The notes beneath the pieces are model-generated. The model was not told the origin of the DNA, did no database searches, and worked only from the letters and a program-made list of their open reading frames with translations. From Tubulanus polymorphus (Eukaryota > Animalia > Nemertea): 64,000 bases of DNA. Shown piece after piece: positions 51,698 through 64,000 of the stretch. Position 1 is the stretch's first letter. Each line of letters starts with the position of its first letter. The translations under genes and the position numbers were made by a program. The stretch lies in NCBI RefSeq assembly GCF_964204645.1, contig NC_134029.1:19090950-19154949 (forward strand). The letters run 5' to 3'.

Positions 51698-54600
51698 TTA
51701 GATCTTTGGATTCGGGAAAAAGTGCTGAATTTTGACTTTAAAAAGTGTCAAAAAGTGCCGAGTCTTACTGCTAGAAACCCAGTTATGGTTGGCTTGTATA
51801 CGTAGTCGTTTGATGAAGTTTCATTAGCTCTTACACGGTTCATGGTTGGCAGTTTGTTATGAATGAATATTAACGCGGCAGCATCAGTTTCAGGCAGACG
51901 CCGGCGTCAGGTAGACTACATCCAACGACATCTTGCACACGCACACACACAGTCGCTGATGATAAATCGCTTATGGATTTGCTGATGTGAACGTCTCTCG
52001 ATTTGGAACGCATTTTAAATCTCTTGAGATCATCGTATCTGCCATTTTTCGTGTCGGAATTGCAAAAATGACTAACCATTGCCGCGACTAAATCATATCA
52101 ATGAAGATTCTATGCATGTTTCACTGTGGCGATCAAGGATTCAGCTTGTGGCAAGTGAGGATCCACCAGGTGTCGCTAGCGGGCATTCAGATAATGAAAC
52201 TCGGATTTCTTCTCAGAATCAATTAAAATCTATCAATAATTTCTCGAATTCTATTAATGATGAATACAAATCGCTTTATTTGGACCTGAAAGATGTGAGT
52301 TCATCTATCGACACAAAAATCTAGATGAAAGTTCATCGAGAATGAACCAAATTTCAATAAACTAAATTTCGACCTGACTTATGGCACACCATCTAGTGGG
52401 ATAGCTGGTGGCAAGGGGTCCTCGTTGCAAAAACATATTTATCTCCCGATATTCAGCCTATGCAAAACATAAGATTCTGACTTTGGTTGTATAGAATAGT
52501 ACTAAATTTAGAGGTCAAAATTTAGCTACTGTAAGGTATACGCGTAAAGACGCCCACCACTTCCCTGCTGTATAACTTGCCAATTTAACAGGTAGCAACG
52601 GCTAGACACAAGACTTCATCAGTTAAAACCAGGATCAGGGGCCAGTTGCTCAAAAGTTGATCTGAGTTAACCAGTGGATAGTTGACATAGTGACAATTGA
52701 AAGTTCATTGTTACTATGGTATTCATCCGCCAGTTATCTTTAACCAACTTTTGTAGCGACCGACCCCGGGCTTAGTTTTTACAGAGCGTTCTTCTAAAAT
52801 CAGCGATTGAAAACCATATTTACGTCGTCAATAAATTCTAACAGTTCATACGCTTGACATTTACTAATACGCGCTCTGAAATCAGTGCGACGAGCATTTA
52901 AACATATCCTTCAGTCAAAATTGACGCCACCTCGTGCGCGCGGAACCTGCCGAGTTATTATAGCAGTCTTGTTCGCGGAATCCATTTCTCATTCGAGTCG
53001 AGCGCCCCGTCGTTTCATTTACTCAGCGAGAGCTTTTTTACTTCGGCAGTCGATCGCTGATTAACGAAATTGTTGCTCGCGCATCGCTCCGAATTACAAA
53101 TTGTCACCTAAAAAAAAACGATTTACGGAAGTTGTCAGTTTCTGTAAACTGCAGTAGTACGCACCGAGCGTTGTATCGCCCAGTATTCATGCGTCTACGC
53201 AAAATTTGCCCTGTCTTCGCTTGTCGTAACACGATCTAATAGAATTTATGCGAAAAGTGAAAAGCTTTAACGTGTTCCGCCCGCTCCTCGAAACTAGATA
53301 TATTCAATTAGGTTCAGATTCGAATTTACGACTGACGACTTTGTCGTTTTCGATTTAGAGCCTTAAAAGCCACTGATGGCAGTTTGATGCGCTGCTATTC
53401 GGATTTCATGACGAAGAGGTGCCATCGGTGTTACGCGAGACTGTCGGAATTATTTTTGCCCGTTCCTGACGATAATCTGTCTCTCAAATTTCTTTCCCGC
53501 TAATGTATGCCTTATGTATGAACCTCGAATAAAACCCCAGGCGTGGTTTTTACCTTCAGAAAATTCAAGGAGAAATTCAAAATTCACGAAAATTCAACTG
53601 AGTTCCAATGAGTTAACTCTGAATCAAATCTTAATTCACAACTTCAGAACTGGGTCCAGCAATCTTAATTACTCGATGGACTCCAGTTCATGATTTAACA
53701 TCAAACTGTTGATTTTCATTCTTTGATTTTGTTTAACTGGATTCTGTTAAAATATGTATAACATCTGAAGATTAGGGTCCGTTTCCACAGTTGTGAGTTA
53801 ACATTTAAATCTGAGTTAACTCATTGAAAACGAACTGATTTTAACTCGGAGTTAAATCTTAACTCAGAAAACTTTGGAACTGGATTTAGGTTACTTTGAA
53901 TATTTATCATAGGTTATGCTCATATGAATTCGAAGCATGCTTAGATCCTGTTGAATTGTCAACTGAAGGCCGTGAAACTGCATGTTTGCAGTTATGAGTG
54001 TCTTCTGCACTCCTTTGTAGCAGTTTATACTGAACAAATTTCAACTCCTCAAATCCTAAATAACAATGGCAGCAAGCCGTTCATTTAAAGTTGTACTGAT
54101 TGTTCTCGGAAATATTCCAGATGATACATAACGCAAATTCACTCTGTATTACTGAATCGTGGAAGATTCATCGGCGCTGTTTGATGTTACCTGCTATCAT
54201 CTCACCTGTAATCATCGGTCACATCAGATACTGACTGATGACAAGCGCCGCTTTGTAATTTAGACTGGATTGAGGCAGACGGTTTATGTGACTGGCATAC
54301 TAGCAGTTTCTTAGCCTTTTATATCGACTAGTCGCTTTGGGTGCCTCGCTTTGTACCGCTTCATTTCTAGAGCTAGGTAAGTTCAGATTTCTGTAGCAGT
54401 CTGTGAACAAATTATGCTACCAGAATGAAACGAACAACGCGGGACCAGAAAATCTGTATCCAGTGAAAATGATTAAATTAACTTCTGACACAATTTTATA
54501 TTTGTTCGTTATAACGAGGTTGCACTGTATGTATACATACATAAATATGTGTAGGATGAACATGAATTTCTATTAGAGTATAATTTTGGTTTTTCTTTTA

Positions 54601-55285
54601 CCTTTTGGACACTACTGGTACATTCATATCTTGATGTTTACCAAAGATAGAGGTGGCCTCGCCTTATGAAGTAAGCCAGTTTTATTAGGAGTTTTCTATT
54701 ACAATGGAAGACGATATATTCAGTAAGAATCTTAAGAATCTTAGTAGCTTCCCCTATAGATTTATACCTTATAGTTTGAAATAGTGCGGTATGAAAGCCT
54801 TTAATAGAATATCACATCAACGTGACGTGGCCTTTAATTCTACCATTTTTCCGTTATCATCTCCGTTATGAATCCACCGTTTAGTGTACGCCAGTTCGCA
54901 TCATCCGGTACGTACTATTTCGGAAGTTGCAATTTTTACGACGTCAACATCTGTCGTATGCGATTCGCATGTTAATTTCGGATTGCTCGTTTTATAAATT
55001 GGATGCTACGTTTTATAACATTACTCAACTCGCGACGACGACGGCGGTAATTTAGTCTCGGTCGTCGCAGCGAAGACGCGCCGAGATGTGACTGGAATTT
55101 TTAGCTTATCAGCGAATGTCGTCGTGTAAGATATTCGAGAAGGCTTCTTGACGCTTTGTTTTCCGGATGAAATGGCGACGAATGTAGTCCCGATACATCA
55201 AAAGCAAAAATCCGTCCTAGCACTTTTGAAATATTCAGATCGAGAGAGAGGGTTCATGGTCAAATGTACGAAGTAACCTTGAAAA

Positions 55286-55605
55286 TGTTATCATACACAA
55301 ATACGACAAGCTGTATTACCACTGACCGCAGACCTGACCATGACTACTATTTGAGAGTGATTTCTACTGTCTACTCCCAAAAATATCAAAACCCTCTCAA
55401 AATCGGAATAATTTCTAGTTCATTTTCAATTAAACTACTATTCTAGCAGTTGAATTTTGTTAAACTACTACAAAGGTAGACGCCAAGGTATTCGGGGTAG
55501 TGACCAAGTGGACTAGTTCCATCGGTCTACTCGTTAGCACACTTGATTTCTACGTCCGAGACCCGGGTTCGATCTCCAGTGAGTGCGTGTTTCTTTATCG
55601 TTACA
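55286..55605 (+). mobile_element. Second copy of tRNA-containing solo-LTR-like element, interrupted by another repeat (~55340-55500)
   Basis: Ends TGTTATC...TCGTTACA. Shares TACGACA..CTGTAT.ACCACTG.CC and CCAAGTGGACTAGTTC...GGTCTACT.GTTAGCAC.CTTG.TTTC.ACGT.CGAGACCCGGGTT with the 15562 copy; the insert resembles 25326-25430. Confidence 0.55.
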
Positions 55606-58140
55606 AAATGTATTTTTCTCGGGCAATCTTCTAGTTTGATCAATATTTTCGTGATCGCGCCGGCTTCGTGATCATTGATCGTCGTCATTGATCACCGCGC
55701 TCGCAGTTGTATCGCAAATTACATTTGCACGGACGTTATTTGATCAGTGCAGATCAAAGCGAGATCGCGGCTTCGTTCGGTCACGCGGCTTACGCCGGCT
55801 ACGAAACCAGATCGCTTTAGTTTCGCCGTTCTATCTACTGATTTCGTTTGGGAATTACGACTTTACGAATTACGACTTGGGAATTTTATTCGCTGCGTGC
55901 AGCATTCCTGCAGCATTCCTGCGGCGACGATGACGCAATCGGGGTCGAGGCTTATTCCGCTTCAATCATCCGAGAAATAGGCCGTCAAATGATATTCAGT
56001 CCGTCTCGAGCAGTGGTCCGTAATCGTGAGGGTCCTATCAGCGAGATCTGTTCTTGATATAGAAAATGCATTACTAGCATATAGTGCAAATCATCTTTAT
56101 CTTGAAAAAGCGTTTATGAAGTGGTTATCCTGTAAATGAATTTGGCAGGTGTAATATATGTAAGTCAAACGGAAAAACGAGATTCTCCTGATTTAATCTT
56201 AGGACTTAGATGATGGTCCAAGTCAGCCTAATGCACACCAAGCAGGGAAATAAGGAGATAGGATACAGAAACATATTTTCTTAGCGTTTCCCTGTGTCGT
56301 GTGCATTTACGGGAAACAGCGTTTCCGAGATCAAACGTGTTTCCCTGTGTCCTGGTCATCGCGTTTAACCGTTCACCGACTTTCAGATGTAAATTTCAAC
56401 GCGGCGACATTTTGCATCTTCCCGCAGAGCGAGCTTATCGTCGGACTATGTACACCGTATATATACGGCGAAAACAATCAATCCGGAGAGGTATATGCAC
56501 GCTCGCGCGGCGGAGATATCGCTTCAGGTTGCTGCTGTCATTACCGATCTTATGAGTCACGTTACGTCTTTGATCTGCGGTACTCTCATCGTCATTAGTC
56601 CCGTCCCTCGAGCGATGAGGTTCTCATCCTCGTCGTCGCGTACCCGCAGCGTTGTCGTAATAAATATCGCTCCGTGTCGATCATCGAATGATGGAAATTT
56701 CGCGTTTACGCGGATGGAAATCGACTATTTCCAGTCGGTATTATTCGCGTCCTTTGAAGTCGGTCATCGTCGTCTTCGTCGTCGATTATTACGTTGATAA
56801 TCGTTGGCTGAAGAACGAATTAAGCCGAGCCCGCGAGGATTTAACGACGATGTCTTGTGATCAGTTTTCATAGTAAATCGACGATCTTTTACATATATGA
56901 TCCAGCTATGATTAACAGCTACGATATGAATAGATATTCTCTTTAATATGTATATATGTCGCCCAGAAAATTTTTGGAAAAATAGATGCAATGAGGTGCA
57001 TTCTGAGCGTGCTTTTGCAATATGATAGAAAGACAATAATTCATTCAGTCAATCCTCCGTAAAGAATAGATTTGCGGCTACATCCAGCAAATATCGTTCG
57101 TTTATAAACATGTTTATAGTGGCTAGAAAAAGTTCTTTGCTCAGCAAAAAATAAGGGGGCGCGCACCATCAAGATCCACCGCTGATATTAGTGCATTTGA
57201 GGAGTCGAAATAATTTTGAACTAGCGATAATTTCCGTATTAGTCGAATGTTTGCATTGATGGTCGAATTTATGAATTAAGTCAGTTAGATCAAGAGTTAG
57301 TTCAATAGTTCCCAGTGCCAGATTTAAGCCTATGGGTAAAAATTTGATTCTGGATATAAAACGTTGACCTCGCGAGTAAAATTTAGCCTACAACCATCGC
57401 ATTTAGTCCTCGAGACCCGGCCATGCCCGTGATAATGCGCAATTATCAATATAAGACATCTTGCCAAATTGGAACAGATTGTTCTACTTGGACATTACTA
57501 TGCCGTGTATAAGGTAACTCCCTAATAGTACTGTAGCTGAATTACTATATCCTATCCTCTAAAGCTGGGGATTTATCCTCGGCCAACTAGCCGAGCCAGC
57601 AGCAGGTTTCCAGTAATGGTACGTAGATAATCATAATTACTGTAGCTGTCACTGGTCGTCGTATTATTTGATGGATTAAATCACGTTGGGCGTATAACTC
57701 GATAGCGAAATATTCATTATACCAATATGCTTGTCAATTTCGTCGTGACGTCTGTTATTAACTGATTTATGAGCAATACGACGACGGCATCTCAGAATGC
57801 GACGGAACGCCAGCCGCCGACCCGCGCTCGCTCGCCGCAGTCGTTTCTTCTATTCGAGTTGTAGACTTCCATTTTTCGACGGAATTCCATTTTTTTTTCA
57901 TTTTCCTGGTAAAAAAATGCTGTGAAATTGCATCTGAGAACACTTAAGATTTAAGAAATCTCCTAGCTCCCTCAGTGTGGCGTTTGGATATCGACTATTT
58001 TCCTTTTTTTTTCCTTTGGCCACTTACATCTCTGAAGGAAGATAAATGAGTAAAAAGAGGCTGCGCATGGTTGATGTAATAAAATGTATTCGATCCTTTT
58101 CGCACGGTGGCGCCACTGACCCGGATAACCTGTCCCGTCC

Positions 58141-58300
58141 TGTGGCATGGTGGATGAGGTGTTTGACCGAAAGGTTGTGGGTTCGAATCCTATTGAAACC
58201 ATGTCATACAGGTAGGATACATATCAGTGCCGGTCGACTCACTGATTTAACAACAAAAGTCTGTACCTGGCCAAAATCTTCAACATGATGACGTTGGCCA
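58141..58300 (+). mobile_element. tRNA-derived SINE
   Basis: TGGCATGGTGG (A box) and GGGTTCGAATCC (B box), followed by a body that is also present reverse-complemented at about 4640-4822. Confidence 0.6.
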
Positions 58301-59635
58301 GTAATAGGTAGAAAAATAGAAACCTGCAAAACTCGGGGAATCAGAAAAATCAAGACACAAATCGGGGAAAACTCTGGTAATTTGACAAGTTTTATCAAAA
58401 ACCTAGAAAACTCGGGGAATTCGGATAATGCTATTGACCGCTATTTCTTTATCAGTACGTGATTCAATGAAAGATGAATGATTTGTATCGTTTTAAACCT
58501 AGAAATTTCTCTGATTCACTCAGTTATGACAACTCGTGTGTTATAACAACAATTAACAGGTGTCGAGCATCCTCTTTTACCTTCCGATGCATTTTACCCT
58601 CCGATGCAGATGAGTTTGCTGCAGTTTGACGTTTCGGCTTGTAGATTCATGCCTGATGCTCGCACTCACGTTTGAATACGATTTTTGTCACGCTTTATGT
58701 GAATTAATATTTCTATGAGAAAATGTTCTATTTATTCCTAAACGAATGAAAATCATATGGTATTTATCATTTAAGTATGCGTTTCTTTATAAACACGTAG
58801 TTTCTCATATGAAAAATAGCAAATTCATGAAAAAAATTGCAATTTTTTTTTATAGGCCTACGTGTAACTCGAATACGCGTCAGTCAGACGAAAATGACGG
58901 TCCCGAGTGATCTGACTTATGCCTATTCTTCTGCACTTATTATCAATGTTTATAAACATCATTTTAATGATTTTTACAGCGTCAAAACAATTCCTTCTTG
59001 ATTATCTTAAGAATTACTTTGTATAAACGACGCCTATTTCTGACTCATTTTCAATTACCCGTATAAGCTACTTATGTGAATGTCTTCCAACGTCTACTTT
59101 AAAAATAACGTATGTTGAAGTAGCCAGATCAGGGATGATCATTTTCTGAAGTATTTTCATCGCCTGAAATGGAGGCATCCGGTTGTGAAATTATCTGCTG
59201 GTGCACACGTCGCAAAAATCTTTCCGCTCTCCGTAGAAAATCATTTATCCGCATCTGTGTACGCGGAAATTATGATCGAAAAATTGAGAATATGCCGTGC
59301 ATGCGGAAAAAAAAATTGATATTCAATCTCGAGTGTTCCCCTACTACAGCAGTGTTTATTGAGAGATTTTGAATATCGACGAAGAGCGAAATCAATCCGA
59401 TTACGCATTCACGAGAGAGAGAGAGAGAGCATCGTCGTCATCGTTTATCGGAACAGATGAGACGTTTTCAAACCTGTTCGTTCGTTAATATCAGACGAGA
59501 CTCTCTTGTAAGATAGGAATTGAATAGATTGGAGAATGAGATGGATAGGAATTAGAAATATAGGAAAAAGACAGATATGATTTAGAGAGATATGAATTAG
59601 ACAGATAGGAATAAGACAGATAGGAATTAGACATC

Positions 59636-60375
59636 ATTAGATAGGAAGTAAACAGATAAATCTGATAGATAAGGTGTAAACAGATAGATCTGATAGATAG
59701 GAAGTAAACAGATATATCTCATAGATAGGAAGTAAACAGTTATATCTCATAGATAGGAAGTAAACAGATACATCTAATAGATAGGAAGTAAACAGATACA
59801 TCTGATAGATAAGGTGTAAACAGATAGATCTGATAGATAGGATGTAAACAGATACATCTGATAGATAGGAAGTAAACAGATATATCTCATAGATAGGAAG
59901 TAAACAGTTACATCTAATAGATAAGGTGTAAACAGATATATCTGATAGATAGGAAGTAAACAGATAAATCTGATAGATAAGGTGTAAACAGATAGATCTG
60001 ATAGATAGGAAGTAAACAGATACATCTGATAGATAGGAAGTAAACAGATACATCTGATAGATAGGAAGTAAACAGATACATCTGATAGATAGGAAGTAAA
60101 CAGATACACCTGATAGATAGGAAGTAAACAGATACATCTGATAGATAGGAAGTAAACAGATACATCTGATAGATAGGAAGTAAACAGATACATCTGATAG
60201 ATAGGAGGTAAACAGATAAATCTGATAAATAGAAAGTAAACAGATACACCTGATAGATAGGAGGTAAACAGATACACCTGATAGATAGGAGGTAAACAGA
60301 TACACCTGATAGATAGGAGGTAAACAGATACACCTGATAGATAGGAGGTAAACAGATACACCTGATAGATAGGAA
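59636..60375. repeat. 28-bp minisatellite, ~26 units (AGATAGGAAGTAAACAGATACATCTGAT)
   Basis: Direct tandem array; explains the three overlapping repetitive minus-strand ORFs. Confidence 0.97.
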
Positions 60376-61422
60376 GGCGCCAATATGAAGAATGTTGAGA
60401 TACAGATATGAGTTATATCATGGACTCTATAGTCCATGGTTAGATGGGTGAGAGTGTAACTGACACAATATATTAGTGTTATTATGAAGATATAACTCGT
60501 TCCGTACTTCTCTGAATAAATAAATACATATCCAATCTATTCGGCTAGTTAGAAAATAGCTAGAATTCTTCACGTCATTCCGCGTTGATAGTCCTAATTT
60601 TCTGACGGACAATTTTTCATCGACGAGGAGTATGCATATATCAATTTCCATGTTTGGTGTAATAATGGGTTTGCAAGGCATGTATGGGATTTGAACTGAT
60701 CGCCGATAGAAAATGACATGAAATGTCGGTCTTAATAGAATTGGATTTTAGAAATGTGGGTATTTGCCAATAAGCATCATCAAGGCAGTTAATGTATTTT
60801 TAGACGAGTCGGCAATTTCGATATCCTGAAAATGAGACACATAATAGATAATTCTAAACGGATCATTATTATCATGCTGGTATCATCTAATGATTATTAA
60901 ATCCGGAATGAAATTCTGTATTGTGAAGAGTCGAGAAGATACGCACAACATCCGTGTTGTGAAGTAAAGAACTCAATAGATGCTTTATTTGGTGTCAAAT
61001 GAACGGATATTCAGCGCTTGATTAGCGTCGAATTTTCATTTCTGTTATCGGCACGAGGCGGCCAGTCGTCCACGAAAATACCGCACTTTAGTAAGTTTGG
61101 TAATGATGCGCTGTTGAAGGCTACAGTCGAATTTACGCCGAATTACTGAGGTTAATACGTACCTGTAAGAACTGTATTAACGATGCTATAGATAGATAAT
61201 CAGCAAAACCCACCGTCGATGATTTAACAGTTTATTCCGACAGCGTCCAAAGTTTTGAATGAACTTCATTATCGGAGAAATGAAAAGAAATTGAATGAAT
61301 GAATTGTTAATTCATCAACTGTCGGTTTTGCTCGTTAACTCTTGAGAGAATACCGTGATCGGTCTATGCGATAGATTGTTATCTCTTGTATCTGATTTTC
61401 GTTTTTTTTTCGTGTCTTACAG

Positions 61423-61742
61423 ATATTTGGTCCACCACGCCTATGGCAGCTATCACTCGGGCAGAATGGATGTGATATCCGATGAATGCTATCGTTCCAT
61501 CAATCATTCCGAACGTATGATGAAGAAGATGGAATCGTACTTGTGCAAACGACAGCTGACCGACGTCGTGCTGGTCACCGGTCAGAAGCGTATCGCCGCG
61601 CACCGCGTCGTGTTGAGCGCGTCGTCCGACTACTTCGCGGCGATGTTCACGAACGACGTGAAAGAGGCGAGTCAAGACGAGATCAAAATGAAGGACGTCG
61701 ATTCCGAAGCTCTGGCGCTGCTCGTGCAGTATATGTATACAG
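61423..61742 (+). CDS. KLHL5: BTB/POZ-domain exon of kelch-like protein (KLHL5/KLHL1/KLHL4 group)
   Basis: Translates as ...MDVISDECYRSINHSERMMKKMESYLCKRQLTDVVLVTGQKRIAAHRVVLSASSDYFAAMFTNDVKEASQDEIKMKDVDSEALALLVQYMYTG, closely resembling the KLHL5 BTB (NHAE..KKME.YL...QL.DV...AHR.VLS..SDYFAAMFTNDV.EA.Q.EIKM). Acceptor TCTTACAG at 61422, donor AG|GTAAAC at 61743. The gene continues beyond the window. Confidence 0.9.
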
Positions 61743-61798
61743 GTAAACCTTTAGAGGAGGGTGACACCGAGGGAGGAGTCTCTTTCAGGGGCAGTTAC

Positions 61799-61990
61799 AC
61801 TCCCCTATAGAATAATTGGTAGGGTAACCAGGTTTAAAATAAGTAATGAGACGAGTAGTACTGTATAGGTTTACTATACATTCACTCATTCATCTGATGA
61901 AGCTTCTATTCATTATTTGCGAAAGCTCGTGCGTCAAATAAATAGTTAACCTATATAGTACTACTCGTCTCGTTACTTACTCCCCTATAG
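61799..61990 (+). mobile_element. Penelope-like element pseudo-LTR remnant with inverted repeat and flanking direct repeat
   Basis: 61840-61877 is an inverted copy of 61942-61979; ACTCCCCTAT(AG) is directly repeated at 61799 and 61979; a hammerhead core lies between the inverted arms. Confidence 0.65.
61891..61931 (+). ncRNA. Minimal type I hammerhead ribozyme motif
   Basis: CAT-CTGATGA-A-GC(15 nt loop)GC-GAA-AGCT-C-GTG: catalytic core CUGAUGA and GAAA, palindromic AGCU stem III, and short stem I CAU/GUG. Stems I and II are short. Confidence 0.65.
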
Positions 61991-62644
61991 CTACGTCTAC
62001 ACTTGTTTCTTATACCCAGTGTATCTAGTTTGTGTCTACCACACGCTCGAAACACGGATGCAATGCAGAGTTTTCAGCAAGACCCGGGTTTTAGAAACCC
62101 TTCTTGAAAAAGAAGGGTACACTCCGCATTGAGCCCGCGTTTGTTTCCCTAGTGTAGACGGTAAACCTGTGTTCAATGCAACGTTTGGGCACCACAATTG
62201 ATTTTGAAGTTGAACTATAAGCCGCGATCACACGAGCATTTTTGGCCCGTGCCAAATTTGGCCCGGAACAACTGTTCACACGGATGCCAAATGGGCCTGA
62301 CCAAAAACGTCGGACCAGGCCCGAGCCTAATTTTAGCACCAGGCAAATGAATGCGTATGAATTGCAACTGGTACCGGAAATGATCCACTTCGCTTTGTTT
62401 GAGCATTGTTGAGTATCGAGTGAATGGTTTGCGTGTGAACACGCTCTCTAATTAGGCACGGGCCAAATTTGGCCCGAGCCTGATCCGGGCCAATTTGGCC
62501 CGGCCCAAATCTTCTCCGTGTGATCACGGCTATAGATACTTTCTACGGAAGCAGATGTGTAGACGCTACGGGCTGCGAACATGGGTTTTCGTCGGACCCG
62601 CATACATCGAACCCCAGGTTTAACGAGCTAGTGTAGACGTGGTT
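61989..62644. mobile_element. Harbinger-like MITE family C copy carrying a nested family B MITE
   Basis: TAT-AGCTACGTCTACACT...AGTGTAGACGTGGTT-TAT. Confidence 0.8.
62220..62531. mobile_element. Harbinger-like MITE family B (full copy also at 42920-43220; partial copies near 8090-8380, 18930-19050, 36050-36130, 41575-41841, 43995-44220, 62691-62895)
   Basis: ATA-AGCCGCGATCACACG...CGTGTGATCACGGCT-ATA, with internal GGCCAAATTTGGC motifs. Confidence 0.85.
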
Positions 62645-63505
62645 TATGTGATGTAGGGTCACACAGTTGAAATGAAAATTTTGACTCCTTAGTCGCGATC
62701 ACACGGAGACAATTTAACCCGGATCAGGCCCGAGTCATCCCGTGCCTAATTGGAAAGTGCATTTACAGGGGTCAATAATTTGACCCATGCTAAAATTAGG
62801 CTCAATCCCGGTGTGATGTTTTTGGTTTGGACAAATAGGCACAGGCCAGCGCGAATGGTTGGACCAGGCCATATACACTCGCGCATTCGCGGCTATTGTT
62901 CTGTGTTACCCAGTCGAAACATATGCCCTCGTCTGTTAGCCAGCTGAAATATTGGCTTTTTCCGACTGATTTTCTGATCCAATTGCCGAGATAAGTCTGG
63001 AATTACTGGAATCAAGGAAACACCGAACACAACATTTATGCTCATACAATAGGAACCAGGTACAGAGGCAGAATGATCTTATATTCATAGATTCACGATC
63101 TATCCTTGAAAAGGCAGACGTATATAGCAGCAGCAGCAGCGAGTGGCGGCAGTGGCGTTAAACTGAAATATCATCGTCTCTCTCTCTCAATGGTTACTGC
63201 TCATCATGAATAACGAATTGTCATCATCGGATTTTTTTACGTTATCGGTGTCCCGTGTCCATTTCGAATGTGGTTTCCATAGAAACGCATCAGGTGGCAC
63301 GGAACCACCTACAAATTCAAAAACCTTGAAACCGAATCTTTGCGATTGTGGAGGAACCGCTGCTGTAGCTGCAGTTGTTTATAGAAGCAGTGGATCTCTT
63401 TCTCAGGTTTGAATTTCAAATCTATTTCTTAGAAAAAAGTTACATTCTTGAAGTGTTTTGAAATGTTGCTAGACACGTATCGGTAGTGAAGTAAAACCCC
63501 CAATA

Positions 63506-63594
63506 CAGTGGATCTTCATTACAGTGAACTTCATGGGACCAGAAAATATGTTCGTTATAACCAATAGTGTGTTCATTACAATGTAGTTCCACTG
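63506..63594. mobile_element. Tc1/mariner (pogo/Tigger-like) mini-MITE
   Basis: TA-CAGTGGA...TCCACTG-TA; a related right-end fragment lies at ~54440-54528. Confidence 0.7.
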
Positions 63595-64000
63595 TATAAT
63601 TCTAAAAAAACATACAGAAATAATGGTACGTAGCTATATTCACCGATGTTTTACGCTTTAGGGTTATTATTATTTGAAAATGTTGCTGAATGTCATCAAA
63701 AAAGTAAATTTATCCTGCGCGACATGAAACAATAGTAGCAGCCCCTTTGACCTAATTCCAGTTGTGCCTAGTTTGTTTCGTTTCGATGTGGAAAACATAA
63801 TGACAGACTTTTTCTATGTCGATTGAATGTATATATGTCTAATTTCTGCATAGTTACATAACTACTATCTATGATAATTGCATATAGAGTTTGGGCGACT
63901 TTTGGCCTTTTATCAGTCATATTTATGTATATGTATATATATATGGCAGACACAACAAGCCATTTTTCGATCGAACCAAACACTAGTTAGAAATGATTGT

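Noticed and set aside
55515-55590. Possible functional tRNA gene
   Set aside because: The acceptor stem does not pair and the sequence lies inside a repeated LTR-like unit; the same applies to the tRNA-like heads near 58141 and 1580.
57529-57648. 11-bp direct repeat TACTGTAGCTG around ~98 bp
   Set aside because: Could be a TSD, but the enclosed sequence has no recognisable element features or second copy in the window.
59637-60437. Three long overlapping minus-strand ORFs (266, 195 and 139 aa)
   Set aside because: They are translations of the 28-bp tandem array; the same periodic peptide appears in all frames.

Overview
Eukaryotic (animal, probably invertebrate) genomic DNA, AT-rich, with spliced genes and dense short repeats; most of the short ORFs in the track look spurious. 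Left end: three coding exons of an EMC6 (ER membrane complex subunit 6) gene on the minus strand, whose last visible intron starts with a U12-type (minor spliceosome) donor. The rest of the window looks like the 5' part of one large plus-strand kelch-like gene (KLHL5/KLHL1/KLHL4 group): candidate non-coding exons next to the EMC6 start, a probable first coding exon at 31401-31504, and a clear BTB-domain exon at 61423-61742. The introns hold a 5'-truncated LINE, tRNA-derived SINEs, many MITE families (piggyBac-, PIF/Harbinger-, hAT- and pogo-like, several nested) and micro/minisatellites. Most notable: a Penelope-type minimal hammerhead ribozyme, six 18-31 bp palindromes with 7-bp target duplications that look like P-element-superfamily excision footprints, and two solo-LTR-like elements with a tRNA-derived core. 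All alignments and family assignments were made by eye; no database search was run.
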